From positions 759-64,758 of the forward strand of contig CAYTGV010000005.1 in NCBI GenBank assembly GCA_964437495.1: a stretch of 64,000 nt of DNA, written 5' to 3'. A model generated the notes under the pieces. The model searched no databases. It was given only the letters and a program-made list of their open reading frames with translations, and was not told where the DNA came from. Below, in pieces: positions 19,983 through 31,398 of the stretch. Source of the stretch: an uncultured Planctomycetia bacterium. Its GTDB lineage: Bacteria > Omnitrophota > Gorgyraeia > B26-G9. Numbering within the stretch: position 1 is the first letter of the stretch; every line of letters starts with the position of its first letter. A program made the translations under genes and the position numbers.

Positions 19983-20474
19983 CTAACTCTCCTTTTCCAG
20001 TTTTTTTATTTTATCTCTTAACTTTGCTGCTTCCTCAAACGCCTCATTTTGGATCGCTTTCTGAAGTTTAAGATGAAGATTCTGTAATTTCTTCTTAACT
20101 TGAAAACCTTCATCATCACGCTGGGGCCCTTTTCCTAAATGCTGCAAAGACCCATGTACTTTTTTGAGCAAAGGCACTAGGCTTTCTTTAAAAGTTTCAT
20201 AGCACTGGCTGCAGCCCAGTCTTCCTATTTTGCGAAAATCATCATAAGTCATCTTGCAATTTTCACATTTAAGCACTTTAGTATTTCCACTAGCTGCAGG
20301 TGCCCCAAAATCAACAAGCCCTGCCAAAAGATCCTGTAGGCCAAAGGGTTGTCCCATCCCGGCGATACCCTTTTTCTTGGCACATGCTTCGCAAAGATGC
20401 AGTTCTGTCATCTGATCATTAATAATCTCTGTTAAATGCACAGTAGCTGGCTTCCCGCATAATTGACATTTCAT
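19983..20474 (-). CDS. mcsA: McsA-like activator of McsB (paired zinc fingers plus UVR motif)
   Basis: CQLCGK...CEACAKKKG and CENCKMT...CSQCYETF cysteine pairs and a C-terminal UVR helix (LQKAIQNEAFEEAAKLRDKIKKLEK). GGAAGGAGG sits 7 nt before ATG at 20474. Confidence 0.8.
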   Translation of the reverse strand: MKCQLCGKPATVHLTEIINDQMTELHLCEACAKKKGIAGMGQPFGLQDLLAGLVDFGAPAASGNTKVLKCENCKMTYDDFRKIGRLGCSQCYETFKESLVPLLKKVHGSLQHLGKGPQRDDEGFQVKKKLQNLHLKLQKAIQNEAFEEAAKLRDKIKKLEKES

Positions 20475-20520
20475 ATTAGAACCTCCTTCCAAACCGCTTG
20501 TATTTCATACTCGTCGCTAG

Positions 20521-20550
20521 CCAATAGTCGATGGTCAATAGTAAAAACTA
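20521..20550. promoter_or_regulatory. candidate CtsR-type operator upstream of mcsA-mcsB-clpC
   Basis: GCCAATAGTCGATGGTCAATAGTAAAAAC contains adjacent AGTCGAT/GGTCAAT heptads resembling the Firmicute CtsR box (GGTCAAA direct repeats). It is shared with 8736-8775. I see no ctsR gene in the window. Confidence 0.3.
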
Positions 20551-20700
20551 TAAACCCTTATTCCTTAGCTATAAGCTCTTTTTAACTTTACAACTTTCTA
20601 CTTCTTGGATATTCGCTTTTAGTTTCTAGAAATTAGTAATTAGTCATTAGTGATTTGCTTTTGGCCATGGGCCATCAGCTATGAGCCATTAGTTATAATT

Positions 20701-21579
20701 TTATACTTTGTACTTCACCCCATCCTTTTGGGTTATTTTATTAAATTCTTTTAATAATTGCAGCGTTATTTTGCCTGGCCTTCCATTGCCTATATTTCGG
20801 CTGTCTACTTTTACCACTGGAATTATCTCAGCAGCAGTACCCGTTAGAAACAATTCATCCGCATTAAAAACCTCATGACGGGTCAAGGCACTTTCAAAAG
20901 TCTTAATTTTTGTTTTATTGGCAACAGCAATTACTGCATCACGAGTAATTCCCCGCAATGTCCCCATACTTTGAGGCGGAGTAAATAATTGCCTATTTTT
21001 AATCAAAAAGATATTATCGCCTGTGCATTCGGCCACAAGCCCCATTGAATTAAGCATAATTGCTTCCTGATAGCCGGAATTAATCGCTTCGATCTTTGCC
21101 ATAATATTATTCAAATAATTCAAGGATTTTACCTGCGGATCAACAGCATTCGACAGATTACGAACAGTCGGAACAGTTATAATCTCAAGCCCTTTTTGAT
21201 ATAACTCTTTAGGATATAAAACAATATTATCTGTGATAATTATAATCGATGCTTTTTTGCATTTCCTTGGATCAAGCCCTAAATCTCCAATCCCGCGGGT
21301 TACCACAACTCTAATATAGGCATCTTTTAATTTATTTGCTTTAAGCGTACTGATAATTGCTTTTGTCATTTGCGCTTTGCTCATAGGGATGTCGATCATT
21401 ATAGTATGCGCGCTTTCATAAAGTCTGTCTATATGTTCCTTGAGTTTAAAAACAAGAGATTTATAAGAACGAATACCCTCAAAAACACCATCGCCGTAAA
21501 GAAGCCCATGGTCAAAAACTGATACTTTAGCTTTTTCTTTTTCTACAAGTTTTCCATCTATAAACACCTTCAGTGACAT
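20701..21579 (-). CDS. ilvE: branched-chain-amino-acid aminotransferase (class IV PLP enzyme)
   Basis: YGDGVFEGIRSY closely matches the IlvE YGTSVFEGIRCY motif; 292 aa with the fold-type IV layout. Confidence 0.7.
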   Translation of the reverse strand: MSLKVFIDGKLVEKEKAKVSVFDHGLLYGDGVFEGIRSYKSLVFKLKEHIDRLYESAHTIMIDIPMSKAQMTKAIISTLKANKLKDAYIRVVVTRGIGDLGLDPRKCKKASIIIITDNIVLYPKELYQKGLEIITVPTVRNLSNAVDPQVKSLNYLNNIMAKIEAINSGYQEAIMLNSMGLVAECTGDNIFLIKNRQLFTPPQSMGTLRGITRDAVIAVANKTKIKTFESALTRHEVFNADELFLTGTAAEIIPVVKVDSRNIGNGRPGKITLQLLKEFNKITQKDGVKYKV

Positions 21580-21717
21580 ATTCCCTCCATATAAATATTC
21601 AGTTTAAAAAATAACAAATATACTAAGTATCCGGGGATTTCTCTAATCGCTGTTTTTCCGCTTTTACTATTAGCGATTGTCTATCAGTAATTACCCCCTG
21701 GTCTCATCTCCTAAACA

Positions 21718-22392
21718 CTATTTTTTATCGCTAATTATTCCATCTTTAATAAAAAGCACACGTGTTGAAATATCTGCAATTTCTTTTGAATGAGTAGCTA
21801 TTATTATAGTAAAGCCATCAAACTTGTTCAGATCCTTCAAAAGCTGACAAATCTTTTTCCCGGTCACTGAATCCAGGTTGCCAGTAGGTTCATCACAAAA
21901 AAGCACCTTAGGCGAATTGATCAAAGACCTAGCAATAGCTACCCTTTGCTGCTCTCCACCGGATAAAGCTGAGGCATGATGTGAAGTCCTATCCTGTAAT
22001 CCGACAGTTTTTAATAATTCAAGGGCCCTTGTCTTTATTTGAGAAAAACCCTCCCCTTTGATCAGCGCCGGAAGCATCACATTCTCCAATGCACTGAATT
22101 CAGGCAGTAAATGATAAAACTGGAAAACAAAACCAATATCGCGATTGCGGGTAAGGGCCCTGTCCTTATCTCCTATTGTATAGAGATTTCGCTCATTAAG
22201 CAATACCTCTCCCTTAGATGGCATATCCAGTCCGCTCAATAAATGCAATAAAGTAGATTTCCCTGCCCCTGAGGCCCCGAATAAACTCAGGAATTCCCCT
22301 CGAGCTACAGAGAGATTTATACCCTTTATTACATGAAGCTCCGCGTCCTGAGTTTTATAATATTTATGTAATTCTTTTGCCTGTATTATCAT
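21718..22392 (-). CDS. lolD: lipoprotein-releasing system ATP-binding protein LolD
   Basis: GASGAGKSTLLHLLSGLD Walker A and LSGGEQQRVAIARSL signature; 4-nt overlap with the upstream FtsX-type permease. Confidence 0.8.
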   Translation of the reverse strand: MIIQAKELHKYYKTQDAELHVIKGINLSVARGEFLSLFGASGAGKSTLLHLLSGLDMPSKGEVLLNERNLYTIGDKDRALTRNRDIGFVFQFYHLLPEFSALENVMLPALIKGEGFSQIKTRALELLKTVGLQDRTSHHASALSGGEQQRVAIARSLINSPKVLFCDEPTGNLDSVTGKKICQLLKDLNKFDGFTIIIATHSKEIADISTRVLFIKDGIISDKK

Positions 22393-23597
22393 TCGTACCG
22401 TAATGCCTCTACTGTATTAAGTCTTGATGCCTGATATGCCGGATAAAAAGTAGCCAGCAGCGTAATGCACATCGCAGCAGCTACGATATATATCACTTCG
22501 ACCGTCTGTATCTTTACTGGCAATGTATTTATATAATATACATCTTCCGGCAATGATATAAATTTATAAGTCTTCAGGATATAGGCCATAAACAATCCCG
22601 CCATCGTTCCAAGTATTGTGCCGATCAAGCCAACCGACAGGCCAACAATTGTAAAAATAATTTTTATACTTGACGCTGAGGCTCCGATGGCCTTAAGTAT
22701 TCCTATATCTTTTGTCTTGTCCATAACCAGCATAATCAAAGTGCTGATAATATTAAGCGATGCTACCATCACGATCAATGCCAAAATTACAAACATGGCC
22801 GTTTTTTCAAGTTTTAAGGCATTAAACAGATTTCTGTTTAGATCCATCCAAGTACGTGTAAAGTAAGGAAATCCTAATACATTTTGTATATGTTTTTTTA
22901 CTCTCTCAGCAGAATTAATATCCCTTATTTTAACACTGATACCGCTTACCAGAATCGGATTATCGGCAAAAACCCGGGCCTTTTCAATAGAAATGAAAAC
23001 TACTCCAGTATCATAATCATACATTTCACTTGAAAATATACCTGAAACAGAAAATGTATTTTCCCTTACTTTAGTAAGCTTGTTTTTTTTCAGTTTACCA
23101 GCAGAGATCAAGTGGATCTGATCGCCTACTTTAAGCAAAAGTTTCTCGGCTAATATTTTACCAATAATAATATTATTGCCACTTTTAAGGTCAAGCGTTC
23201 CTTTTTTAATAAATTCGTTAACCTTGGTAACCCGAGCTTCCGCATCCTCATCCACTCCCCGCACAACAACAGAGACCATTTGATCATCTACAAGAAGCAG
23301 GCCTTGCGTAGTAATAAAAGGCGCGCAGGCAACAACTCCTTTGATCCCTTTAATTTGTTCAATAACAGGAGCCGCGTCATCAAGCCCCCCAAGCTTATCA
23401 ACCAGTATATGACTGCTTGTACCAATGATTCGATCCCGCAGTTCATAGTCAAAGCCGCTCATTACCCCGATAACAATGATCAATGTAGCAACACCTGTGG
23501 CAATACCGATCACAGATATCAGGCTAATAAGAGAAATAAACCGCTCTTTACTTCGGCTAAAAAGATATTTAAATGCTATTTTAAATTCAAAAGACAT
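22389..23597 (-). CDS. lipoprotein-releasing system permease (LolC/LolE, FtsX family with MacB-like periplasmic domain)
   Basis: An N-terminal TM helix, a large periplasmic domain and a C-terminal FtsX 3-TM bundle; coupled to lolD. Confidence 0.8.
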   Translation of the reverse strand: MSFEFKIAFKYLFSRSKERFISLISLISVIGIATGVATLIIVIGVMSGFDYELRDRIIGTSSHILVDKLGGLDDAAPVIEQIKGIKGVVACAPFITTQGLLLVDDQMVSVVVRGVDEDAEARVTKVNEFIKKGTLDLKSGNNIIIGKILAEKLLLKVGDQIHLISAGKLKKNKLTKVRENTFSVSGIFSSEMYDYDTGVVFISIEKARVFADNPILVSGISVKIRDINSAERVKKHIQNVLGFPYFTRTWMDLNRNLFNALKLEKTAMFVILALIVMVASLNIISTLIMLVMDKTKDIGILKAIGASASSIKIIFTIVGLSVGLIGTILGTMAGLFMAYILKTYKFISLPEDVYYINTLPVKIQTVEVIYIVAAAMCITLLATFYPAYQASRLNTVEALRYE

Positions 23598-23694
23598 ATT
23601 AACACTTTCAGTAACAAAACATGGAACTTAATAAATTTTAAATAGAACGCACATCAAATAATTATTCTTTTACCAAATCACTCTTTACTGCATC

Positions 23695-25152
23695 CTAATC
23701 CTGAGCTAAAGTACATGTTACAAGTTCTGCTTTTAACTGCGGAAAGAGTATTACATCTTTAATCGAAGTCTGATTTGTAAAAAGCATCACCAGCCTATCG
23801 ATACCGACCCCTAATCCGCCTGCAGGAGGCATGCCGTATTCAAGTGCCTCCACAAAACTTTCGTCTATAATAGAGCAACATTCATCACTGGCCTGCGCCA
23901 GAAAACGCTCTCTTTGCTCCCTGGGATCATTAAGCTCAGAATAGGCATTAGCGACTTCCATACCTCCCATAAAAAGTTCAAAGCGCTCACTAAGCAATGG
24001 ATCGTCCTTTTTCTTCTTTGCCAAAGGACAAAGCTCTGTATACATATCCGTAATAAAAACCGGATGATTAGTCTCAAGTTTTTCTTCAATCAAATCGCTA
24101 ACAAGATTAAGGATAAAAGTCCGGCTGATCTTCCCCTCTTTTAACTCCACTTTTATGCCCTTTTTCTTAAGCTTTTCTAGCCATACTTCTTCAGTATCAT
24201 CCGGATTAATATCAAAATTATCCCGCATAAGCTGGGCAAAAGAAATCTCCTCCCAATTGGTCAAATCTATGGTCTGAGTTCCAAAGACAAGTTCCTTTTT
24301 CCCCAAGACCTCTGCGACATGCATAATGATTCCCTTAATAAGTTCCATCATATCTTTATAATCTGCATATGCCGTGTATACCTCAAGCATTGTAAATTCA
24401 GGATTATGCTTTGTGGATAGGCCTTCATTGCGGAAACTACGGTTAATCTCATATACCCTTTCCATGTCACCAACAAGAAGTTTTTTAAGATATAATTCAG
24501 GCGCAATCCTCAAAAACAAATCCATGTTCAAGGCCTCAAGATGCGTTTTAAACGGCTTACCCGCAGCTCCCCCTGCTATGAAATGCATCATAGGAGTCTC
24601 CACCTCTAAGTATTCCTTATCGTCTAGAAACTTACGGATTTCCTTAATGATCCGGCTTCTTGCAACAAAAACGTCTTTAACCTCTGCATTTGATATTAAA
24701 TCAAGATAACGCTTTCGATATCTCAATTCCACATCTTTGAGCCCATGCCATTTCTCAGGCAAAGAACGCATACTTTTTGAAAGCAATTCCACCTTTTGGG
24801 CAAAAATAGTCACCTCATTTGTACGCGTCATAAAAAGCTCTCCATTTAAACCAACAATATCGCCCACATCAAGCTTTTTAAGCACAGCAAAGTTATCTTC
24901 TCCTATAGTATCTTTTTTAATATAGAACTGTACTTTGCCGCTATTATCTTTAATATCTCCAAAAATACTTTTACCGTGTGCCCTAAGAGCCACTATTCTG
25001 CCAGCCGTACTCACCTGGAGTTTTTCCGCAAAATTCTCTTTTATCCATACAGCTGTATGTGTTTTTGAAAAATGCCCGCCGTAAAGACAAACTCCTTCAT
25101 TTTTTAAATCATCAAGCTTCTTTATTCGCTGCTGCATTAGTTCATCAATCAT
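23695..25152 (-). CDS. lysS: lysine--tRNA ligase (class II)
   Basis: An OB-fold anticodon-binding N-terminus and class II motifs (FRNEG, GGLGVGIDRLVML). Confidence 0.95.
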   Translation of the reverse strand: MIDELMQQRIKKLDDLKNEGVCLYGGHFSKTHTAVWIKENFAEKLQVSTAGRIVALRAHGKSIFGDIKDNSGKVQFYIKKDTIGEDNFAVLKKLDVGDIVGLNGELFMTRTNEVTIFAQKVELLSKSMRSLPEKWHGLKDVELRYRKRYLDLISNAEVKDVFVARSRIIKEIRKFLDDKEYLEVETPMMHFIAGGAAGKPFKTHLEALNMDLFLRIAPELYLKKLLVGDMERVYEINRSFRNEGLSTKHNPEFTMLEVYTAYADYKDMMELIKGIIMHVAEVLGKKELVFGTQTIDLTNWEEISFAQLMRDNFDINPDDTEEVWLEKLKKKGIKVELKEGKISRTFILNLVSDLIEEKLETNHPVFITDMYTELCPLAKKKKDDPLLSERFELFMGGMEVANAYSELNDPREQRERFLAQASDECCSIIDESFVEALEYGMPPAGGLGVGIDRLVMLFTNQTSIKDVILFPQLKAELVTCTLAQD

Positions 25153-25596
25153 TAGGAAATCCTCTTTCTTTACAAATCAAATTAAAATTCAAAATCAGTA
25201 TTAGTTATAAGCCAAAATGATTATTAAAATGCCTGTTGATATCAGCAGCACTAATCCGTTAACACATGTTGAATCAATGAGTTGGGTAATTTTTCGTTTT
25301 TTTATTAACTCCATGATTATATAACTAATAGATTATTGTGTCAAGTGAAATGGCGATTAAACAAGTCATGGAAATAAAGCTATATGCCTATCCATCTTTA
25401 TAAGACCTTTAACTGTATCATGTTTAATATCAGGTTGTTATATAATTTACTATTAAGCCGCAGTTTGCTTTTTATATATTTTAATGCTATACTCTATCAA
25501 CAAGATAAATTTCATATTATCTTTAAATTTCGCAAAGATTTAGAGGAATTTTTTTTTGGAGTTTTAATTAATGCTTTTTAAAAGATGGAGTTTACT

Positions 25597-26493
25597 ATGG
25601 CTCGTACTACCTGGCCTCAAATTTTATATGATATTGAAGGAAACCTTCTTGTTAGTGCAGACCAGGAGATTTCTAAAAAGGTTATTGACGAAGTCATAGA
25701 AAAACACCAGATACAATCTTCTAAAATTCTACTTTCCCAAACCAAAGTGATCAATGATATTCAAAAACGAATTAATTCTGGAATTTACAAGGAAATGTTT
25801 GCTAATAAAGAAACCGCAGAAAAAGTTATAGACATTATCATGCAAACTTCCTGTACTAAATTGGTGGTGCGGGAACTTGAAACTCTAAAAATTAATATGC
25901 CTGACACTTATAATCACATATTAATAGTCGCAGCGCTTTCTATTAAAATATGCATCGATCTAGACAATCCAGAATTTGATCCGCAGCAGATAGCAAAAAT
26001 CGGACTTGTTCATGACATCGGAAAATCACGTCTGCCTATTGAGGTTATTGAAAAAAAAAGTCCTCTTACGCATAATGAATTCGGGATCATTCAGACTCAT
26101 CCCTGGATAGACCACTTGTTGGTTTCGCACTATCTTAACACAACAAAATCATTTATAGCGCAAGCTGCATTATGTCACCACGAACGGCTTGACGGAAGCG
26201 GTTATCCGCTTGGCATCGCAAAGATCAATAACTATGTCCAAACAATAATCCCTTGTGATATATTTGACGCACTTATAAGCCAGCGGCCTTATCGCAGCGA
26301 GCCTTTCACAGTAAGGGCTGCTCTGGATATCTTAGTAGCAGAATCAAAGAAAGGAAAAATAAACACCAAGTTTGTGAATTGCATGATTAGTTATGCAAGA
26401 AAAGACAAACCACATTATGAAGATATAAAGCCTTCGCAAACAAACCGCGACGCAACACCTAAAATAAACTACTACGGAGTTAGAAAAGACTAA
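25597..26493 (+). CDS. HD-GYP domain protein (probable c-di-GMP phosphodiesterase)
   Basis: HDIGK plus HHERLDGSGYP signature motifs. Start MARTTW at 25597 (GATGGAG upstream); the track start at 25585 is also possible. Confidence 0.8.
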   Translation: MARTTWPQILYDIEGNLLVSADQEISKKVIDEVIEKHQIQSSKILLSQTKVINDIQKRINSGIYKEMFANKETAEKVIDIIMQTSCTKLVVRELETLKINMPDTYNHILIVAALSIKICIDLDNPEFDPQQIAKIGLVHDIGKSRLPIEVIEKKSPLTHNEFGIIQTHPWIDHLLVSHYLNTTKSFIAQAALCHHERLDGSGYPLGIAKINNYVQTIIPCDIFDALISQRPYRSEPFTVRAALDILVAESKKGKINTKFVNCMISYARKDKPHYEDIKPSQTNRDATPKINYYGVRKD

Positions 26494-26727
26494 ACAGTCA
26501 ATACCACTGTATTTTATTACTGTCTGCTTTAATTTTATAGTATCACCAGTTTGGCTGACATATTCAATACCCAAAATTATATCCTGAGCAGAACTTCTTA
26601 ACCTAAGTTCACAATTACCATCAGAGTAAACCCGAATAAAGCATCCTCACTTTTAAGCAATCTATGAAACTCTGTTGACATCAGCCCCCTTCTATATCCC
26701 CTTAGTTTAGAAACATAAGAATATTTC

Positions 26728-28164
26728 CTAAGATGCGGCTCCGTTACTTTTCATAAACCGCGCTTGTATCTTAACAATCCGCTTTGTGTTTTTTGTTATT
26801 TTAAAAGCCTCGCCTAAACGCATACCTATAACCCAAGCGATCATACCGTCCGTCACAATTAACCCTGTGGAATCCTTTTGCTCCTCTTCCATCTTTTGAT
26901 CAATAAAAAATTTCTTCAATTTCTTTTTCCCCTTAGATCCTAAAGGATGGAATAAATCACCTGTTTTCCTTATCCGGACTTCCAGGGGAAAGGCCATTTT
27001 ATCAAGATCAAAATACTCAAGATCCGCAGAATGTTTTTTTAAACTTTTCAGATCACTCGGCCTTTTTATTTTAACTGCTTTAAGACTCATATTTAATCCC
27101 AGGATCTTTAACTCAACACCAAGACGCAAGAAGTGAGAAGACATTTTTACAGGACTGATTGTCTTTTTGCCTTTTTCACCAAAACACACGCGCTTTCTGA
27201 ACTTTTCAATAAATATCCCCTTAGGCAAATCAAGATACCTGCCAGGACTATCAACATTACAGATGAAATTATTAACAATCTGGACATGCCTAAAGTCTAT
27301 GCCGTTTAGATTTCCCTTTAATTCGCTGATGATCTTGCGAATAACTTCGCTGCGCAAAACTAGCGGCAGCCTCAAGAACAATTGTTTATTAACATTGAAT
27401 AAATTATCTTTTTTGACAATTACAATCTTTGAGAAAATTCTGCGTACTTTGGCCTGCAGGATATCTTCCGCCTGCTTTGCCACAACTCCAATGCGAAAAA
27501 TATTCTCTTGTATCTTAGGGCTATACTTTTTAAGCATCGGGATTATTTCAAGGCGCACCTTATTTCTAAAATAATCCGTTTTAAGATTGCTTGAATCTAT
27601 CTTGTATTTAATTTTGCTCTTTTTTAAATAATCCAGGATATCAAGCTTTTCTATATCAAGCATAGGCCGAATAAGCCTGAGTTTTCCCTGGGCTGTCTCA
27701 AAGTGCATACCACCAAGTCCCTTTATCCCCGTGCCTCTAAGCAGACGCATAATAATAGTTTCCACTTGGTCATCTTTTGTATGAGCAAGAATAATTTTTT
27801 TGATCTTATGCATATGGCAGATATTTCTAAAAAAATTATAGCGCAGATTCCGAGCTGTTTCCTCAATGGATAATTTTTCTTTTCCCGCAATAAATTCAGT
27901 AGCCACAGAGCATTTTAAAAAAGGAACTTTTAAGCGTGCACAAAGATTAAAAACAAATTTCTCTTCTGCGTCAGATTCACTACCCCGCAGATTATGATTA
28001 ACATGGGCAACAAACAGACTGCTTTTGTAATTTTTCTGTAAATTTTTCAGGCAATGCAGCAGTAAAACAGAATCAGGGCCTCCCGAAACACATACCAAAA
28101 GGCGCTCCCCAGGGGAGATAAGATCGTACTTATCTATATTAGATTTAATTTTATCAATCATCAT
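26728..28164 (-). CDS. tilS: tRNA(Ile)-lysidine synthetase
   Basis: PP-loop LVCVSGGPDSVLLLHCL; long TilS substrate-binding C-terminal region. The start is ambiguous (MMIDKIK at 28164, or upstream up to 28239); no strong SD. Confidence 0.85.
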   Translation of the reverse strand: MMIDKIKSNIDKYDLISPGERLLVCVSGGPDSVLLLHCLKNLQKNYKSSLFVAHVNHNLRGSESDAEEKFVFNLCARLKVPFLKCSVATEFIAGKEKLSIEETARNLRYNFFRNICHMHKIKKIILAHTKDDQVETIIMRLLRGTGIKGLGGMHFETAQGKLRLIRPMLDIEKLDILDYLKKSKIKYKIDSSNLKTDYFRNKVRLEIIPMLKKYSPKIQENIFRIGVVAKQAEDILQAKVRRIFSKIVIVKKDNLFNVNKQLFLRLPLVLRSEVIRKIISELKGNLNGIDFRHVQIVNNFICNVDSPGRYLDLPKGIFIEKFRKRVCFGEKGKKTISPVKMSSHFLRLGVELKILGLNMSLKAVKIKRPSDLKSLKKHSADLEYFDLDKMAFPLEVRIRKTGDLFHPLGSKGKKKLKKFFIDQKMEEEQKDSTGLIVTDGMIAWVIGMRLGEAFKITKNTKRIVKIQARFMKSNGAAS

Positions 28165-28523
28165 ATTAATAGAATATATAAAAAAATAAGGAGTAGCAAG
28201 CAAATAACTACTATATCGACGACAATAAGATAAGAACATTCATCCTATTTTGACTCAAAACACAAGTCTCAAGCCCCAGGTTTAAAAACTATAACTAATT
28301 CACAATAGTTTAGGTTTAAACAAAAACATTAATCAAAAAAGATATTTTTAAAGCGCATTGTCAATTTTAGCAAAAACTTCTGTATTGTTAAAATACAACT
28401 GTTTGAACCGCCGCGGCGGGGAGTTTTGCATTTTAGACAGATTTTTTTGCATGCCATAAGGCAAAATTGGCCTAAGCTTAAAAATATCTTTTTTGATTTT
28501 TAAAAACTATACTCAATAAATAA

Positions 28524-30629
28524 TTATTTAAATAGACTGTTCGCAACGACAAATGATGCAAAAACTATTGAAACCATTGACATAAGTTTAATAAGAATAT
28601 TGATTGATGGCCCCGACGTATCCTTAAACGGATCGCCGACTGTATCGCCGACAACAGCAGCTTTATGAGCATTGCTACCTTTTCCGCCAAAGTTACCTGC
28701 TTCAATGTATTTTTTCGCATTATCCCATGCGCCGCCTGAATTTGCCATCATCACAGCAAGCACAAATCCGCATACAGTTCCGCCAACAAGCAGACCAACA
28801 ACAGCTTCAACTCCCATCAAAAGACCTACACCGATTGGTGTTACAATTGCAAGTATAGAAGGAAGAATCATCTCTTTCTGTGCCCCAATAGTGGCAATAT
28901 CCACACAAGAGGCATAATCAGCCTTGGCCTTTCCTTCCATTAAACCTTTGATCTCCTTAAACTGTCTTCTTACTTCAAGAACAATTTGCCCAGCAACATT
29001 GCCAACTGCTTTCATTGTTAAAGCAGAGAAAAGAAACGGCATCATACCTCCGATAAAAAGCCCAACAAGAACTCTAGGATTAGTAAGGTCAAGATCCAGT
29101 GTTTTTCCCAGCATTTGCAATTCTTGTTTATAAGCAACTATTAAAGCCAATGCTGTTAATGCAGCCGATCCTATAGCAAATCCTTTTCCTGTAGCTGCTG
29201 TTGTATTTCCTAAAGAATCCAGGGCATCAGTACGTTTTCTTACCTCAGGCCCAAGCCCAGCCATTTCAGCATTTCCACCCGCATTATCAGCAACAGGCCC
29301 ATAGGCATCTGTAGCCAATGTGATACCTAAAGTACTAAGCATTCCTACTGCAGAAATACCAATACCATAAAGACCTAAGCTATAATCTCTAGCCCCTCCT
29401 GCCAGGTAAAAACTGGCAAGAATGGATCCTCCAACAACTACTACCGGGATAGCAGTAGATAGCATCCCAACAGACATTCCGGCAATAATAACAGTCGCCG
29501 GACCGGTTTTGGTACTTGCGGCGATTTCGCGAGTAGGAGAATATTCAGTTGATGTAAAATATTCTGTGCAAAGACCGATAATTATTCCAGCAACAAGCCC
29601 TGAGATAATTGCCCAGTAAATTCCTATATTTTCCATTCCAAGAACTGTTTTAACCAAGAAATAACCTGAAATAGCAACAAGAGCAGCACTCATAAACACC
29701 CCTCTGCGCAGAGCTTTTAAAAGCACGCTCTGACTTGCCTCTTCTGTGCTATGAACAAAAAATGTTCCAATAATAGAAGCAATAACACCCAAGGTTGCCA
29801 TGACCAAAGGAACCGTAATCCCTTTTATGCCCAATCCAGCAGCCGCAGCAAGCGCCATTGTCGCTACTATCGATCCAACATAAGATTCATAAAGATCAGC
29901 ACCCATACCAGCTACATCACCTACATTATCACCCACATTATCAGCAATTACAGCAGGATTACGCGGATCATCTTCAGGAATGCCTGCTTCTACCTTACCT
30001 ACAAGATCAGCCCCAACATCAGCACCTTTAGTAAATATACCTCCACCTACTCTGGCAAATAGTGCCATAGAGCTTGCGCCCATACCAAAAGTAAGCATTG
30101 TGGAAGTAATTGCTCCGATCTTATCCAAGCCATGCGGAAGAGCATTAGATGAATAATACCAGTTCAATATTGAATACCATATACTTAAATCAAGCAGGCC
30201 TAAGCCGACAACAACAAGCCCCATAACCGCGCCGCTTGAAAAAGCCACTCTGAGGCCGCTATTGAGACTTTTTATACAGGCATTTGCTGTACGCGAACTT
30301 GCTCTTGTTGCGATCATCATTCCGATAAATCCTGACAATCCTGAAAAGAACCCACCACTTAAGAAAGCAAACGGAACAAAAATTGCAAGATATTTCTTCC
30401 AGACAAGATAGGACAGAACAAAAAATACAACGGTAAAAAATACTCCGACAATCGCATATTGTCTTTTAAGATAAGCAGCTGCGCCTTCTTTTACTGCATT
30501 TGCGATTTCACGCATTTTCTCATTGCCTTCATCCTGCTTCATAATAAAGGCGGTCAAGAACCCGGCAAAAACAAGCGCCGCAGTTGAACCAAAAAAGGTA
30601 AACATTACTAATACAAAATCACTCATCAA
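28524..30629 (-). CDS. hppA: membrane-bound proton/sodium-translocating pyrophosphatase
   Basis: Signature [18 protein letters not shown] and the [24 protein letters not shown] motif; ~16 TM helices, 701 aa. Confidence 0.95.
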   Translation of the reverse strand: MMSDFVLVMFTFFGSTAALVFAGFLTAFIMKQDEGNEKMREIANAVKEGAAAYLKRQYAIVGVFFTVVFFVLSYLVWKKYLAIFVPFAFLSGGFFSGLSGFIGMMIATRASSRTANACIKSLNSGLRVAFSSGAVMGLVVVGLGLLDLSIWYSILNWYYSSNALPHGLDKIGAITSTMLTFGMGASSMALFARVGGGIFTKGADVGADLVGKVEAGIPEDDPRNPAVIADNVGDNVGDVAGMGADLYESYVGSIVATMALAAAAGLGIKGITVPLVMATLGVIASIIGTFFVHSTEEASQSVLLKALRRGVFMSAALVAISGYFLVKTVLGMENIGIYWAIISGLVAGIIIGLCTEYFTSTEYSPTREIAASTKTGPATVIIAGMSVGMLSTAIPVVVVGGSILASFYLAGGARDYSLGLYGIGISAVGMLSTLGITLATDAYGPVADNAGGNAEMAGLGPEVRKRTDALDSLGNTTAATGKGFAIGSAALTALALIVAYKQELQMLGKTLDLDLTNPRVLVGLFIGGMMPFLFSALTMKAVGNVAGQIVLEVRRQFKEIKGLMEGKAKADYASCVDIATIGAQKEMILPSILAIVTPIGVGLLMGVEAVVGLLVGGTVCGFVLAVMMANSGGAWDNAKKYIEAGNFGGKGSNAHKAAVVGDTVGDPFKDTSGPSINILIKLMSMVSIVFASFVVANSLFK

Positions 30630-30687
30630 ATCCTCCCATTTCTACTAAAATTAACTACTTGCTTATGTGTTTCCGAAAATTAAGAAC

Positions 30688-30715
30688 ATTCTACTATAAC
30701 AGAAAAAAAAAGCAA
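30688..30715 (-). promoter_or_regulatory. candidate sigma70 promoter for hppA
   Basis: Minus strand TTGCTT, a 16-nt spacer (includes an A9/T9 run), TAGAAT; GGGAGGA SD before the ATG at 30629. Confidence 0.4.
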
Positions 30716-30818
30716 GGAGTAAGTTTAGAAATTTCCAGAAGCATTGCACCGCAGGACATAATACAATAAAAATAATTGGGTTAGAATTACTCTTTAGAAA
30801 AACTAAAGATCAGAAGAA

Positions 30819-31169
30819 CTATATCTTATTTTTCTTAGCAGGGATACTCAGCTTCAGCATCTTTGAATCATTAAAATCACTTTTTATTATTAAATGACGC
30901 ATACCATCTTTATCTTTTTTTACTGTTCCTGAGCCAAAAATCTTTTCCACGTCTTTTGATTTATTTTTCCATTTTCGCCTGAAGGCCATCCAATTATTAT
31001 CGAGTTCCTTTATTAAATCAAATAATTTTCTCTCGCTAAGATTTATTTCATTAGGATCATCTGGATATCTGCCTACAAGTTCATGCATTTCACTCAGATA
31101 TGAGTCAAACACATCCTCTTCCCAAATCTCTTTTTCCATATTATTTTTTATAATTCTATTTTCCATCAA
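30819..31169 (-). CDS. hypothetical protein (116 aa, acidic N-terminus, lysine-rich C-terminus)
   Basis: Open frame only; no recognisable motif. It lies in the tRNA-Met-proximal accessory stretch. Confidence 0.4.
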   Translation of the reverse strand: MMENRIIKNNMEKEIWEEDVFDSYLSEMHELVGRYPDDPNEINLSERKLFDLIKELDNNWMAFRRKWKNKSKDVEKIFGSGTVKKDKDGMRHLIIKSDFNDSKMLKLSIPAKKNKI

Positions 31170-31398
31170 TTTCTCTCCCTACTACAAGTTTAATGATTTT
31201 TTCAATGATTGTCAAATAAAATATAGCTTAATTCCACTCACTTTTACGTGTAACTAAAGAATTTATCTAACTTTTCTCACGATATGTTCCCTAAAAAAAA
31301 TAATCAAAAAAAATTAATTAAACGTAACTCTTTATTTTACAATTAGTTAGAATTGAAATTTATGAGCAATCAGGCAAAACACTAATAAAAATATCCGC

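Noticed and set aside
25384-25581. 65-aa plus-strand ORF upstream of the HD-GYP gene
   Set aside because: Lies in the divergent lysS/HD-GYP promoter region; AT-rich low-complexity translation; no SD.
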